The notes under the pieces were generated by a model that ran no database searches, was not told the origin of the DNA, and saw nothing but the letters and a program-made list of their open reading frames with translations. Positions 29,873 to 42,771 of a DNA stretch of 64,000 nucleotides are shown piece after piece. Position 1 is the stretch's first letter. The number at the start of each line of letters is the position of its first letter. Both the position numbers and the translations under genes were made by a program. Source of the DNA: Octopus vulgaris (lineage: Eukaryota); the NCBI GenBank assembly GCA_951406725.2, contig OX597814.1, positions 212,536,001-212,600,000 of the forward strand. The letters are read 5' to 3'.

Positions 29873-31072
29873 AACCTAGGACGAGGCTACAGCAAGGAAG
29901 CCCTCAAGCCTATATGCTCTAAATTTTCAAAATCCAAAATTTATATATAGAGAATATATATATAAGAATAATTACAAAAAATGTAATTATAATAAAGGTC
30001 GCTGAAGTGACAACGCATCTACGCTAGAAATAGACGCCAAATGGACTATAAACGTCATACATCTCTATACATATACTGAGAATGTTCATCGAAAATTTTA
30101 CTCAAAAATTTTCCGTAAATTATACCCAAAAATGTTTCGAATATTTTCACCGAAAATATTGCCCCAAAATTTTTCGAAAATGTACACCGAAAATTTTACA
30201 CAAAAATTTTTCGAAAATTTTCACCTAGAATTTTGCCCAAAAATTTTTCGAAAGCTTTCACCGAAAATTTTACCCAAAAATTTTTCGAAAATGTTCATCG
30301 AAAATTTAAACCAAAAATTTTTCGAAAATTTTCAACAAAAATTCTTCAAATATTTTCAACGAAAAGTTTACCCAAAAATTTTTCGAAAATTTTCATCCAA
30401 AATTTTACCCAAAAATGTTTCCAAAATTTTTACCGAAAATTTTAACCAAAAATTTTTCGAAACTTTTTACCGAAAATTTTACCCAAAAATTTTTTCGAAA
30501 CTTTTAACCGAAAATTTAACCCAAAAATTTTTCGAAAATGTTCATTGAAAATTTTACCTAGAATTGATTCGAAAATTTTCACCGAAAATTTTACCCTAAA
30601 ATTTTTGCCATAAATGTTCACCGAAAATTTTACCCAAAAATTTTTCAAAAATTTCACCGAAAATTTTACCCAAAGATTTTCGAAAATTTTACCCAAAGAT
30701 TTTCGAAAATTTTCGCCAAAAATTTTACCCGAAAATTTTACCCGAAAATTTTTGTCGAAAATGTTCACCGAAAATTTTATACAAAAACTTTTCGAAAATT
30801 TTCTCCAAAAATTTTACCCTAAAATTTTTGCCGGAAATGAGGAATTACGGAAGGAGTTTCGTGAGACCACTGCAGAGACGCTTCCAGAAAGAGAAAAAAC
30901 AAACAACTTCAGTAACCGTTGGAAAACTGATTATAGCAGTGACTCGATCAATTCCTAGCGATATCTGAAGAAGGAACTTTCATATTACGGAATATTATTA
31001 TTATATCAGACTATGGATAATTAAATTGAAACGGTTATTATAGTTCACTCTGCATTGTTGTGCCATCCAAGA

Positions 31073-31120
<48 letters not shown>

Positions 31121-31304
31121 CATACATATATGTATATATATATATATATACATATATATACATATATATATATATATACATTCAACAATATAAGGAATGG
31201 CCCTGATAGGCCATTTGACTCACTAGAAAGAGCAGCCAAACTCAAACCGCTAAATAGTTGTAATTCTGAAATTGGATGAGAAACAAAAACATTTACCCTT
31301 TTCG

Positions 31305-31398
31305 TCTCTGGACTATGCATAGTTTCGACAAACTTGTAAACAAATTAATTCAATCAAATTAAATTTGCTTACAACTGGCGTGTCTCATAAGCCAGAGA
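31305..31398 (-). ncRNA. Long-stem-II hammerhead copy with altered core (gCTTATGA)
   Basis: Stems and GUC intact. Core has one extra G and G5>U. Confidence 0.6.
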
Positions 31399-32647
31399 AA
31401 CCTAGGACGAGGCTACAGCAAGGAAGCCTAAAGCCTATATGCTCTAAATTTTCAAAATCCAAAATTTATATATAGAGAATATATATATAAGAATAATTAC
31501 AAAAAATGTAATTATAATAAAGGTCGCTGAAGTGACAACGCATCTACGCTAGAAATAGACGCCAAATGGACTATAAACGTCATACATCTCTATACATATA
31601 CTGAGAATGTTCATCGAAAATTTTACTCAAAAATTTTCCGTAAATTATACCCAAAAATGTTTCGAATATTTTCACCGAAAATATTGCCCCAAAATTTTAC
31701 GAAAATGTACACCGAAAATTTTACACAAAAATTTTTCGAAAATTTTACCCGAAAATGTTTCGAAAATTTTCACCTAAAATTTTGCCCAAAAATTTTTCGG
31801 AAACTTTCACCGAAAATTTTACCCAAAAATTTTTCGAAAATGTTCATCGAAAATTTTACCCAAAAATTTTTCGAAAATTTTCAACAAAAATTCTTCAAAT
31901 ATTTTCAACGAAAAGTTTACCCAAAAATTTTTCGAAAATTTTCATCCAAAATTTTACCCAAAAATGTTTCGAAAATTTTTACCGAAAATTTTAACCAAAA
32001 ATTTTTCGAAACTTTTTACCGAAAATTTTACCCAAAAATTTTTTCGAAACTTTTAACCGAAAATTTAACCCAAAAATTTTTCGAAAATGTTCATTGAAAA
32101 TTTTACCTAGAATTGATTCGAAAATTTTCACCGAAAATTTTACCCAAAATTTTTGCCATAAATGTTCACCGAAAATTTTACCCAAAAATTTTTCAAAAAT
32201 TTCACTGAAAATTTTACCCAAAGATTTTCGAAAATTTTACCCAAAGATTTTCGAAAATTTTCTCCAAAAATTTTACCCGGAAAATTTTTGTCGAAAATGT
32301 TCACCGAAAATTTTATACAAAAACTTTTCGAAAATTTTCTCCAAAAATTTTACCCTAAAATTTTTGCCGGAAATGAGGAATTACGGAAGGAGTTTCGTGA
32401 GACCACTGCAGAGACGCTTCCAGAAAGAGAAAAAACAAACAACTTCAGTAACCGTTGGAAAACTGATTATAGCAGTGACTCGATCAATTCCTAGCGATAT
32501 CTGAAGAAGGAACTTTCATATTACGGAATATTATTATTATATCAGACTATGGATAGGTCTGAAGGTCGCTGAAGTGACAACGCATCTCCGCTAGAAATAG
32601 ACGCCAAATGGACTATAAACGTCATACATCTCTATACATATACTGAG

Positions 32648-35600
32648 AATGTTCATCGTAAATATTACCCAAAACTTTTACGAAAATTATACCCAAAAAA
32701 TGTTTCGAAAATTTTCACCGAAAATATTGCCCCAAAATTTTTCGAAAGTGTACACCGAAAATTTTACCCGAAAATGTTTCGAAAATTTTCACCGAAAATT
32801 TTGCCCAAAAATTTTTCGAAAAGTTTCACCGAAAATTTTACCCAAAAATTTTTCGAAAATGTTCGTCGAAAATTTTGCCTAAAAATGACTCGAAAATTTT
32901 CAACACAAATTCAAATATTTTCAACGAAAATTTTACCCAAAAATTTTTCTAAAAGTTTCACCGAAAAGTTTGCCCAAAAATTTTCTTCGAAAATTTTACA
33001 TAAAAATGTTTCGAAAATTTTCATCCAAGATTTTAACCAAAGATTTTTCTAAAATTTTACCCAAAAATGTTCCGAAAATTTCATCGAAAATTTTGCCCAA
33101 AAATTTGTCGAAAATTTTTACCGAAAATTTTACACAAAAATTTTTCTAAAAGTTTTACCGAAAATTTGACCCAAAAATGATTCGAAAATTTTCACCGAAA
33201 ATGTTACCCAAAAATTTTTTCGAAACTTTTAACCGAAAATTTAACCGAAAAGTTTTTCGAAGATGTTCATTGAAAATTTTACCTAAAAATGATTCGAAAA
33301 TTTTCATCCAAAAATTTTAACCAAAAATTTTTTGAAAATTTTACCCAAAAATGTTCCGAAAATTTTTCTAAAAATTTTACCGAAAATTTTACTAAAAAAT
33401 GTTTCGAAAATTTTCATTAAAAAATTTTTCCCCCAAAATTTTACCTAAAATTTTACCCAAAAATTTTTCTAAAAGTTTTACCGAAAATTTTACCCAAAAA
33501 TGTTTCCAAAATTTTACCCAAAAATTTTTCGAAACTTTTAACCGAAAATTTAACCCCAAAATTTTTTGAAAATGTTCATTGAAAATTTTACCTAAAAATG
33601 ACTCGAAACTTTTCTCCAAAAATTTTACCTCAAATTTTTGCCGGAAATGTTCACCGAAAATTTTATACGAAAATTTTTCGAAAATTTTCACCAAAAATTT
33701 AACGCAAAAATTTTTCGAAAATTTTCACAGAAAATTTTACCCTAATATTTTTTCGAAACTTTTAACCGAAAATTAACCCTAAAATTTTTGCCGTAAATGT
33801 TCACCGAAAATTTCACCAAAAAATTTTTCGAAAATTTTCACCAAAATTTTACCCGAAAATTTTACCCAAAAATTTTTCAAAAATTTCACCGAAAATTTTA
33901 CCCAAAAATTTTTCGAAAATTTTCGCCAAAAATTTTACCCGAAAATTTTTCCCGGAAATTTTTCACCGAAAATTTTATCCAAAAATCTTTTCGAAAATTT
34001 TCACAAAAAATTTAACGCAAAAATTTTTCGAAAATTTTCATAGAAAATTTTACCCTAATATTTTTCGAAAATGTTCACCGAAAATTTTACCCAAAAATTT
34101 TACCCAAAAACGATTCGAAAATTTTCACCGAAAATATTTACCAAAAATTTTTCGAAAATATTCTACGAAATATTCTACGAATTTTACCCAAAAATTTTTT
34201 CTAAAAGTTTCACCGAAAAGTTTGCATAAAAATTTTCTCCGAAAATTTTACCTAAAAATATTTCGAAAATTTTCAATCCAAAATTTTAACCATGAATTTT
34301 TCGAAAATTTTACCAAAAATTTTCCGAAAATTTTCATCGAAAATTTTCACAGAAAATTTTACCCTAATATTTTTTCGAAACTTTTAACCGAAAATTAACC
34401 CTAAAATTTTTGCCGTAAATGTTCACCGAAAATTTCACCAAAAAATTTTTCGAAAATTTTCACCAAAATTTTACCCGAAAATTTTACCCAAAAATTTTTC
34501 AAAAATTTCACCGAAAATTTTAACCAAAAATTTTTCGAAAGTTTTCACAAAAAATTTAACGCAAAAATTTTTCGAAAATTTTCATAGAAAATTTTACCCT
34601 AATATTTTTCGAAAATGTTCACCGAAAATTTTACCCAAAAATTTTACCCAAAAACGATTCGAAAATTTTCACCGAAAATATTTACCAAAAATTTTTCGAA
34701 AATATTCTACGAATATTTTACCCAAAAATTTTTCTAAAAGTTTCACCGAAAAGTTTCCATAATTTTTTCCGAAAATTTTACCAAAAAATATTTCGAAAAT
34801 TTTCATCCAAAATTTTAACCATGAATTTTTCGAAAATTTTACAAAAAATATTCCGAAAATTTCATCCGAAAATTTTGACCAAAAATTTTTCTAAAAGTTT
34901 TTCCGAAAATTTTACTAAAAAATGTTTCGAAAATTTTCATTGAAAATTTTAACCCAAAATTTGTCGAAACTTTTTACCTAAAATTTTACACAAAAATTTT
35001 TCGAAAATTTTACCCAAAAATTTTTCGAAAATTTTCCGAAAATTTTACCCGAAAATTTTTGTCGAAAATGTTCACCGAAAATTTTAGACAAAAAATTTTT
35101 CGAAAATTTTCTCAAAATTTTACCCTAAAATTTTTGCCGGAAATGTTCACCGAAAATTTTATACAAAAATTTTTCGAAAATTTTCACCAAAAATTTAACG
35201 CAAAAAATTTTTCGAAAATTTTACCCCAATATTTTTTCGAAACTTTTAACCGAAAATTTTCACCCTAAAATTTTTGCCGTAAATGTTCACCGAAAATTTC
35301 ACCAAAAATTTTTCGAAAATTTTCACCAAAATTTTATCCGAAAATTTTACCCAAAAATTTTTCAAAATTTCACCGAAAATTTTCGCCAAAAATTTTAACC
35401 GAAAATTTTATCCAAAAATCTTTCGAAAATTTTCACAAAAAATTTAACGCAAAAATTTTTCGAAAATTTTCTCCAAACATTTTACCCTAAAATTTTTGCC
35501 GAAAATATTCACCGAAAATTTTATCCAAAAAATTTTTCGAAAATTTTTACCAAAAATTTAACGCAAAAATTTTTCGAAAATTTTACTTTAGAAATGATTC

Positions 35601-37182
35601 GAAAATTTTCACCGAAAATTTTACCCTAAAATTTTTGCCGTAAATATTCACCGAAAATTTTGACCAAAAATTTTTCTAAAATTTTACCGAAAATTTTTAC
35701 TAAAAAAATGTTTCGAAAATTTTCATTGAAAATTTTACCCCAAAATTTTTCGAAACTTTTTACCGAAAATTTTACCCAAAAATTTTTCTAAAAGTTTTAC
35801 CGAAAATTTTACTAAAAAATGTTTCGAAAATTTTCATTGAAAATTTTACCCCAAAATTTTTCGAAACTTTTCCCCGAAAATTTTACCCAAAAATTTTTCT
35901 AAAAGTTTGACCGAAAATTTTACCCCAAAAATGCTTCGAAAATTTTCACCAAAAATTTTACCCGAAAATTTTACCCAAGAATTTTTCGAAAATTTCACCG
36001 AAAATTTTACCCAAAAATTTTTCGAAAAATTTAGCGCAAAAATTTTACCCAAAAATTTTTCGAAACTTTTTACCGAAAATTTTACCCAAAACTTTTTCTA
36101 AAAGTTTTACCGAAAATTTTACTAAAAAATGTTTCGAAAATTTTCATTGAAAATTTTACCCCAAAATTTTTCGAAACTTTTTCCCGAAAATTTTACCCAA
36201 AAATTTTTCTAAAAGTTTGACCGAAAATTTTACCCCAAAATGCTTCGAAAATTTTCACCAAAAATTTTACCCGAAAATTTTACCCAAGAATTTTTCGAAA
36301 ATTTCACCGAAAATTTTACCCAAAAATTTTTCGAAAAATTTAGCGCAAAATTTTACCCAAAAATTTTTCGAAACTTTTTACCGAAAATTTTACCCAAAAA
36401 CTTTTTCTAAAAGTTTTACCGAAAATTTTACTAAAAAATGTTTCGAAAATTTTCATTGAAAATTTTACCCCAAAATTTTTCGAAACTTTTCCCCGAAAAT
36501 TTTACCCAAAAATTTTTCTAAAAGTTTGACCGAAAATTTTACCCAAAAATGCTTCGAAAATTTTCACCAAAAATTTTACCCGAAAATTTTACCCAAGAAT
36601 TTTTCGAAAATTTCACCGAAAATTTTACCCAAAAATTTTTACGAAAAATTTAGCGCAAAAATTTTTCGAAAATTTTCAACAAAAATTTTCGAAAATTTTT
36701 ACCAAAAATTTCACCGAAAATTTTCCGAAAATTTTAGCCAAAAATTTTTCGGCAATTTTCACCGAAAATTTAACTTAAATTTTGCCGAAAATTTAACCGA
36801 AAATTTTACCTAAAAATTTTTCGAAAGTTTTCAACGAAAATTTTGCCCAAAAATTTTTCGAAAACTTTCACCGAAAATTTTACCCAAAAATTTTTCGAAA
36901 ATTTTCACCGAAAGTTTTTGGAAAATTTTTGCCAAAAAATTTAACCGAAAATTTTACCCAAAAATTTTCACCGAAAATTTTCACGGAAAATTTTACCCAA
37001 AAATGCTTCGAAAATTTTCACCAAAAATTTTACATTAAAATTTTCAGAAAATTTTCATTGAAAATTTTACCCAAAAATATTTCGAAAATTTTCACCGAAA
37101 ATTTTACCGTAAAATTTTTCGAAACTGTTCACCGAAAATTTTACTTAAAAATTACCGTAAAATTTTTTGAAAATTTTCACCG
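32648..37182 (+). repeat. AnTn satellite, block 2
   Basis: GAAAATTTTACCCAAAAATTTTTCGAAAATTTTCACC-type repeats with internal ~310-bp and ~620-bp higher-order duplications. Confidence 0.95.
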
Positions 37183-38712
37183 ACCTTAACATACGGTCGT
37201 ATTCCCTACACTGGTGACCCGTCATTTTCAAACACGCAGCCATTATTATTTCTCAGGGGCCTTACGTTCACTCGAACGTCTTGCGTGGGGCTCTGTAGCG
37301 GTCTCTGATATCCTCACTGTTTGAGAAACACGGCAGGAATAATCTCGATTGAGATTACGGCCATCTTTGGCCGAGTTGTTCCTGTTGTAACCACTAACCT
37401 GATTGGTCGACATGTAGCCTGATTTGTCTCTACTTATTTCGCGCCACTGGCCAAAGCCAAACAATCAAAGCCTCCCATTTCTTAAGCTCGTTGTATATAA
37501 GGGAGTGAATCCTTTCACCAAGTGTCTTTGGTTTCCAGTCCTTGTGAGGACTGAACCTCGACCACAGAGCTAATCAACATGTTCTAGTCACAGACGACAG
37601 ACGATCAGCCACGACGACGCTAATTTACACCCGCAACAGAAAGTCTACTTCTCCGCTACCGTCGCCATCATCATTCGAAAATTCGAAAATTTTCACCGAA
37701 AATTTTACTCAAAAATTTTTCGAAAATTTTCACCAAAATTTTGGAAAATCTTTGCCGAAGAATTCAACCGTAAATTTTACTCAAAAATTTTTCGAAAGTT
37801 TCTACCAAAAATTTTTCGAAAATTTTCCGAAAATTTTACCCGAAAATTTTTGTCGAAAATGTTCACCGAAAATTTTATACAAAAATTTTTCGAAAATTTT
37901 ATCCAAAAATTTGACCCCACTGGCCAAAGCCAAACAATCAAAGCCTCCCATTTCTTAAGCTCGTTGTATATAAGGGAGTGAATCCTTTCACCAAGTGTCT
38001 TTGGTTTCCAGTCCTTGTGAGGACTGAACCTCTGACCACAGAGCTAATCAACATGTTCCAGTCACAGACGACAGACGATCAGCCACGACGACGCTAATTT
38101 ACACCCGCAACAGAAAGTCTACTCTCTCCGCTACCGTCGCCATCATCATCGTCCACTTCAGACATGTACACACCAACATCACAGAACCACGCTGTTAGAG
38201 TGAACGCCTTCACCAAGTAGAAACAGTCCATCTGAAGAAATCTATATGAGGAGAACCAGCTCGCCGATTTGAGACCACAACCGCGGCTCGACAATAATTC
38301 GCCCGACCGGCCTCCACCCGAGACACAGCATCCTGATATCGAACTCTTACACTTCGTGTACCTCAGAACAGTAAATCAATCTCCATTATGAACTCTATGC
38401 TCTGTACTTTCTGTATCGCACGCATTCACCCTTATTGTACCTACTATGTGACACACACGAACACACAGACACAAACACGTGTTGCATGCACACACGCACA
38501 CACGCACTCGCTAGCACTCACAACCTTCTAACCTTAACACCAATTGCAAATAAAATCTCATCCTCTCTCAAACAGTGGAACGGCCTTGTAGTCAATTCAT
38601 CTCTATTCTGCTGGCACTGCATTGTATAAAATTGTATTAATGACTTATCTTATTTCGCTAGGAATGCGACCGTGTGACTTACCAACCTCAACATACGGTC
38701 GTATTCCCTACA
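37178..38712 (+). mobile_element. LTR-retroelement-like relic (mirror copy)
   Basis: ...GTATTCCCTACA (37210) is followed by C-TGGTGACCC (37212-37220), complementary to a tRNA-Trp-type 3' end. The same ...GTATTCCCTACA end recurs at 38712 before (TA)n. No PPT or pol found. Confidence 0.45.
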
Positions 38713-38717
38713 TATAC

Positions 38718-38754
<37 letters not shown>

Positions 38755-39404
38755 CACGCATTATATATACAAATGTATACAAATTATATATATATATATG
38801 TATAAATTAAATTAGAGATAAAACCACTAATAGACAAATCAAACAGTGAAAAACCAAAAACAAAAACATAAAAATAAAAATATAATATAGAAAATATATA
38901 AAATATAAAATTGAAAAATTTAAATTATTTAAATTTAAAATAAAAATTATTAAATTATATTTATAATTTGTTTAAAAATATATATAACTATCAAAAAGTA
39001 TTAAAAAGTTTAATATAGATAAATACAGATATATACACTTTGTATTATATACATTATATATACATATTCATATATAGAACACACACACACATATATAAAT
39101 GAACGCAAGAAATATATGATTCATAATATTTGTTCTCATGCTCGTGTGTTTTTTGTGGCGATGATAATTCTCTCTATGAATGCAGACAGATACATAAAAG
39201 AACACCGATTGACGAACTTATAAAGGGAAACTGAAGGGGAGTTAGAGGGGAATGGAGGAAATAGTGTGAGTGAGTGAGTGAGGAAGACATATACGTAAAA
39301 GAACGAGAGTGGACTTGTCAAAGAGGGTTTTTGGACCCTTGCAACGACTCCTTTTAAGATAGGGATTTCTAAGGTAGCCCACGGGCATCGTCACATCATT
39401 TTAC
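37178..39404 (-). repeat. Right arm of large inverted repeat A
   Basis: Reverse complement of 21228-22975, plus a satellite patch (37675-37916) and a ~230-bp duplication. Confidence 0.95.
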
Positions 39405-40980
39405 GCTTCAGTAAAGTAGCTACCAATAAGACTCAGTTTCTCATTTTAAATCTTCAGACCGGAACGACTCCCTATTTGAGTTATGATTTTTCATATTCTT
39501 GATGTCTGTGAAACTATGCATGTAACTTCAAGATTCCTCTGGCACTTCTGTGCATCAGATCGAGCCTACAATGTAAGTCATATATACTCATTACAACATA
39601 GTTCTTGTTTATTTTCTGCAAGGGAGTTTTTATACCGAGTGTGTTCTCTACTTTCATTCACAGATGCTAAAGAATCAGCCCCCTACAAATATCCTCTGCA
39701 TGCATAAACCACTGATATTTCGCCTTTGGATAAAGTGCTTCCTGCACTCAATTTCTTCTTGTTTTCAGAGCTTTTTATCTGGGAGCAAATCCTTAAGATT
39801 TACTATTTCGATTTAACTTTTGTCTGAAAGACGATATCATCTCTAGTTGTAGAGAAGAGCTTTTGTTTCTCTGCACTCCCCCGATTCATTTGATCCATTC
39901 TAGGTTTTCCATTTTTGTAACTGAGCACACCAAAACCAGAGTCTATTATCATATATGTTTCACCATTGTTCAAAGTGAGACTTGAATCACTTTAGAAATC
40001 ACCTTTGTTCTAGCTTTCGATATTCCTAAATTTTTGCATCATGTATCATTGTGTCACCTAGAGTTTATCATATGCACCACGAATCTTTTTACTGTATCTT
40101 CTTTTTGTGTTTTGTACCCCATCTTTAATCATCTACTCTCATAGCAGCAAAGATTAAATTAAGGATGTCAGAAATGTTTCTAGTTATAGCATGTTCTAAC
40201 ACAGCATCACTTTTTTGTTCCAGTTACAAGTCTTCTTGTTAATGAATCTCAAGTTCAATGGATTCATGCTTTCACTATTATTTAAATTTTCTATAATCGG
40301 ATCAAAATATTTCCCTTTACCGTCTTCTAAATCTTCAGATATCACATATTTTTCAATGCCCATATCATTTGCATACCTTTGCAGCAAATATTTAATATTA
40401 TCAATCCAATCATCATTGCCTACATAGAAGGTATTTTCTAGTTCAGTGTCAAATGTATTTACTTCTATGCAGTATATTCAGCATGGATGATGTTTTTACA
40501 CGTTCTTTCTACATCATATTTGCCAAATTCATTCTTCTGTATATTATTTACTTCAACGGGTGTTAATCAAACTCTTCTTTGGATCATGCTTCGTTCTTTA
40601 TTCATACAGCACATAGCTGATTTTTTTCTTTAATATGCTTGCCTGCATTCCTTGCTTTCAAATAGTATTCCATCAAAGTAGTATGATACTCCTTATTCAT
40701 TGCTGCTTTTGTAATTCCTTCACCTAGCAATTTCTTTGAATAATAACCGGTTACGACTGCCAGACGTCACAGCTTCATTTGGGTTTTCACTCGTATACAT
40801 GAATGCTGTCTTGACAATAGATGATCTCCATTTATTCGCGAAAATTTGTGGTGATAATTCACACAGTTTCTAGTGTTTTTGTTGAAACATCATCATTGGT
40901 AAATTGAGAGCTGAAGGCCGAAAGGCTCCAACGCATTGTATATAGGTTAGGAGTATGTAATACAGAGACACTGTAACCAG
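39403..40980 (+). repeat. Left arm of large inverted repeat B (partner 55774-57351)
   Basis: Reverse complement of 55774-57351. Mirrored ORFs 39483/57047, 40196/56367 and 40215/56327. Confidence 0.95.
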
Positions 40981-41909
40981 AGATTTTAGTGTACACCATC
41001 CCCACGACAGCTTCCGATCGTTGCTGACTAGGATTTTCTCTTCAGGGGACAACATTAATTACACGGTACTTTAGGCATAAATATTAATGATATTGTTATT
41101 TTCTTCATTTTAACTGCTGTCATTAAAAATAACAATTGGCAATTAACTATTAAAGATGCGCGTCAATCAGCCAAGATTACTAATACATTCGTTTACGCAC
41201 AATACATAATATCTATAAGTACGCCTATTATCGGCTCTCAACTCTGCTAAACTCAGAGTTTAAGATTTTGGCCAACGTGTTAATAAAAGGTTGGCGCTTC
41301 GTCGGTAGTCTAGTCAGAGAAGCACTGCCGTGCGCATTCCCGAACGAGTCTATCTACGACTACCCCCACCTTATGTGATGCAATATACAGAGGGCTGGAA
41401 TTAAAGGTGGATCCACTGGGACTCTGATTCATTTAGATCAATCCTAAGTATTCGATTAAGTCGACCATTACTAATTAGAATTCCTCCTGAAAGTTGCCGG
41501 TTTCGGGCCCATTTTAGAGGTTGGATCGCTGAAAATCACAGTAACACATTCTCGGTGGACAAATTATACGATCGCCTGTCATAACTGTTTTCCATCGAAC
41601 GCTTGGTTCATCAGGGATGCCTGTTGTCACCTTTATTGTATGTCTCGAGTCACTGTTTTGGAAGCTGACACACTTGAAGCGGATCCCATTCAAACTGTGA
41701 CACGGGATGGCAGTTTTGGCGAACGCGGACGAAACCACCATCATGGTGTTAGAGAGACAGGCAGCAGCATTCTAAAAGAGTATGAGTCGATTTCAGAGGC
41801 CAAAAGGAACGCAGTCAAGCCGGTAGGCTTCCGACTGAGCACCTTGAGAAGAAGGTCGATACCGTCAAACGGCGTTGATGGACGCTGGACTGCTTGGGGT
41901 ATGGTTCGA

Positions 41910-41988
41910 TACCGACCTCCAGGAAGATGTACCGACCTCCAGGAAGATGTACCGACCTCCAGGAAGATGTACCGACCTCCAGGAAGAT
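41910..41988. repeat. 20-bp minisatellite x4
   Basis: (TACCGACCTCCAGGAAGATG)4, last copy lacking the final base. Confidence 0.95.
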
Positions 41989-42564
41989 AAAATCTGGGAT
42001 GACGTAACGTGGCGAGTTTTACGAAGAATGGACTGAGAGAAAGCAGTCATTGAGACGTTGGGAAGAGGTGATGAATGCGCACAGTACATCTGTTATCGCC
42101 TGAGCGTCGTGCCCTGACCCGGTTACTGCTTGAACATATTGTCCTTATTTAATTACTTGTAGAAGGGTCCGGCGGTCAGTTTCCTGCCAGCACTCTCTAG
42201 GTGACCGCTTAGGCATGCCGTGCCTTCTGAGGCGTAGACACGCGCAACAGTTTCTGGACGGTGAGTATGTGAAAGCTCTACTTGCTAGACACGTCTTTCA
42301 GCAGTCTGTCTCTTTGATACATCTGCAATTCCGGATGAATAAAAGAACAAGACATGTCGCCTGACACACTGAATGTCGCCAGGCGCCTACAGTCCTCTAC
42401 CGGTCGGGCAATGGAATCGGTTGATGTTCCACTTGATCAATATATAAAGAATTAGTGGAGAAGTACTGTGACATTCTGAGGGAGATTCTGGAAGTCAACG
42501 AAAAAACTGGCTAGTATATTCAGGAGAACTCCCCAGCGGAGAGGAAAGTCACTGTTAGCAGCAT

Positions 42565-42771
42565 CTGGCGAATCTGACTACTTAACAACGTCCACTAAAG
42601 GATATTAACGGGCTGGCAATGGAGGAAATTGCCAGCTTTATGAAGGAACAATTTAACCCGAAACATTTCATTGTACTAGAACGTTTCAAGTTCTGGAGTG
42701 ACATGCAACTGATGCCAGGCGAAACTCTCCGTGAACTGGCAGCGCGTATACGACAAGACTCAGCATCTTAA
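42565..42771 (+). pseudogene. Gypsy gag fragment
   Basis: Manual translation: PLKDINGLAMEEIASFMKEQFNPKHFIVLERFKFWSDMQLMPGETLRELAARIRQDSAS*, which carries the retrotransposon gag ER.KF....Q.PGE motif. In-frame stop upstream. Confidence 0.75.

Larger units (their letters stand above)
28267..32650. repeat. Tandem array of a ~1.53-kb composite unit: PLE pseudo-LTR fragment + (TA)n + H(-) + satellite
   Basis: Unit start ATGAGGAATTACGG at 29309, 30837 and 32373 (periods 1528 and 1536). First and last units are partial. Confidence 0.92.
41118..42771 (+). mobile_element. Gypsy-type LTR retrotransposon 5' relic
   Basis: ...CCATCA|TGGTGTTAGA at 41743/41744 looks like an LTR end plus PBS, followed by a GC-richer leader and a gag fragment. 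The LTR start is uncertain. Confidence 0.5.

Noticed and set aside
41005-41052. HHR-like CTGAAGA...GGAAGCTGTC on the minus strand
   Set aside because: GAAA is altered and stem II does not pair convincingly.
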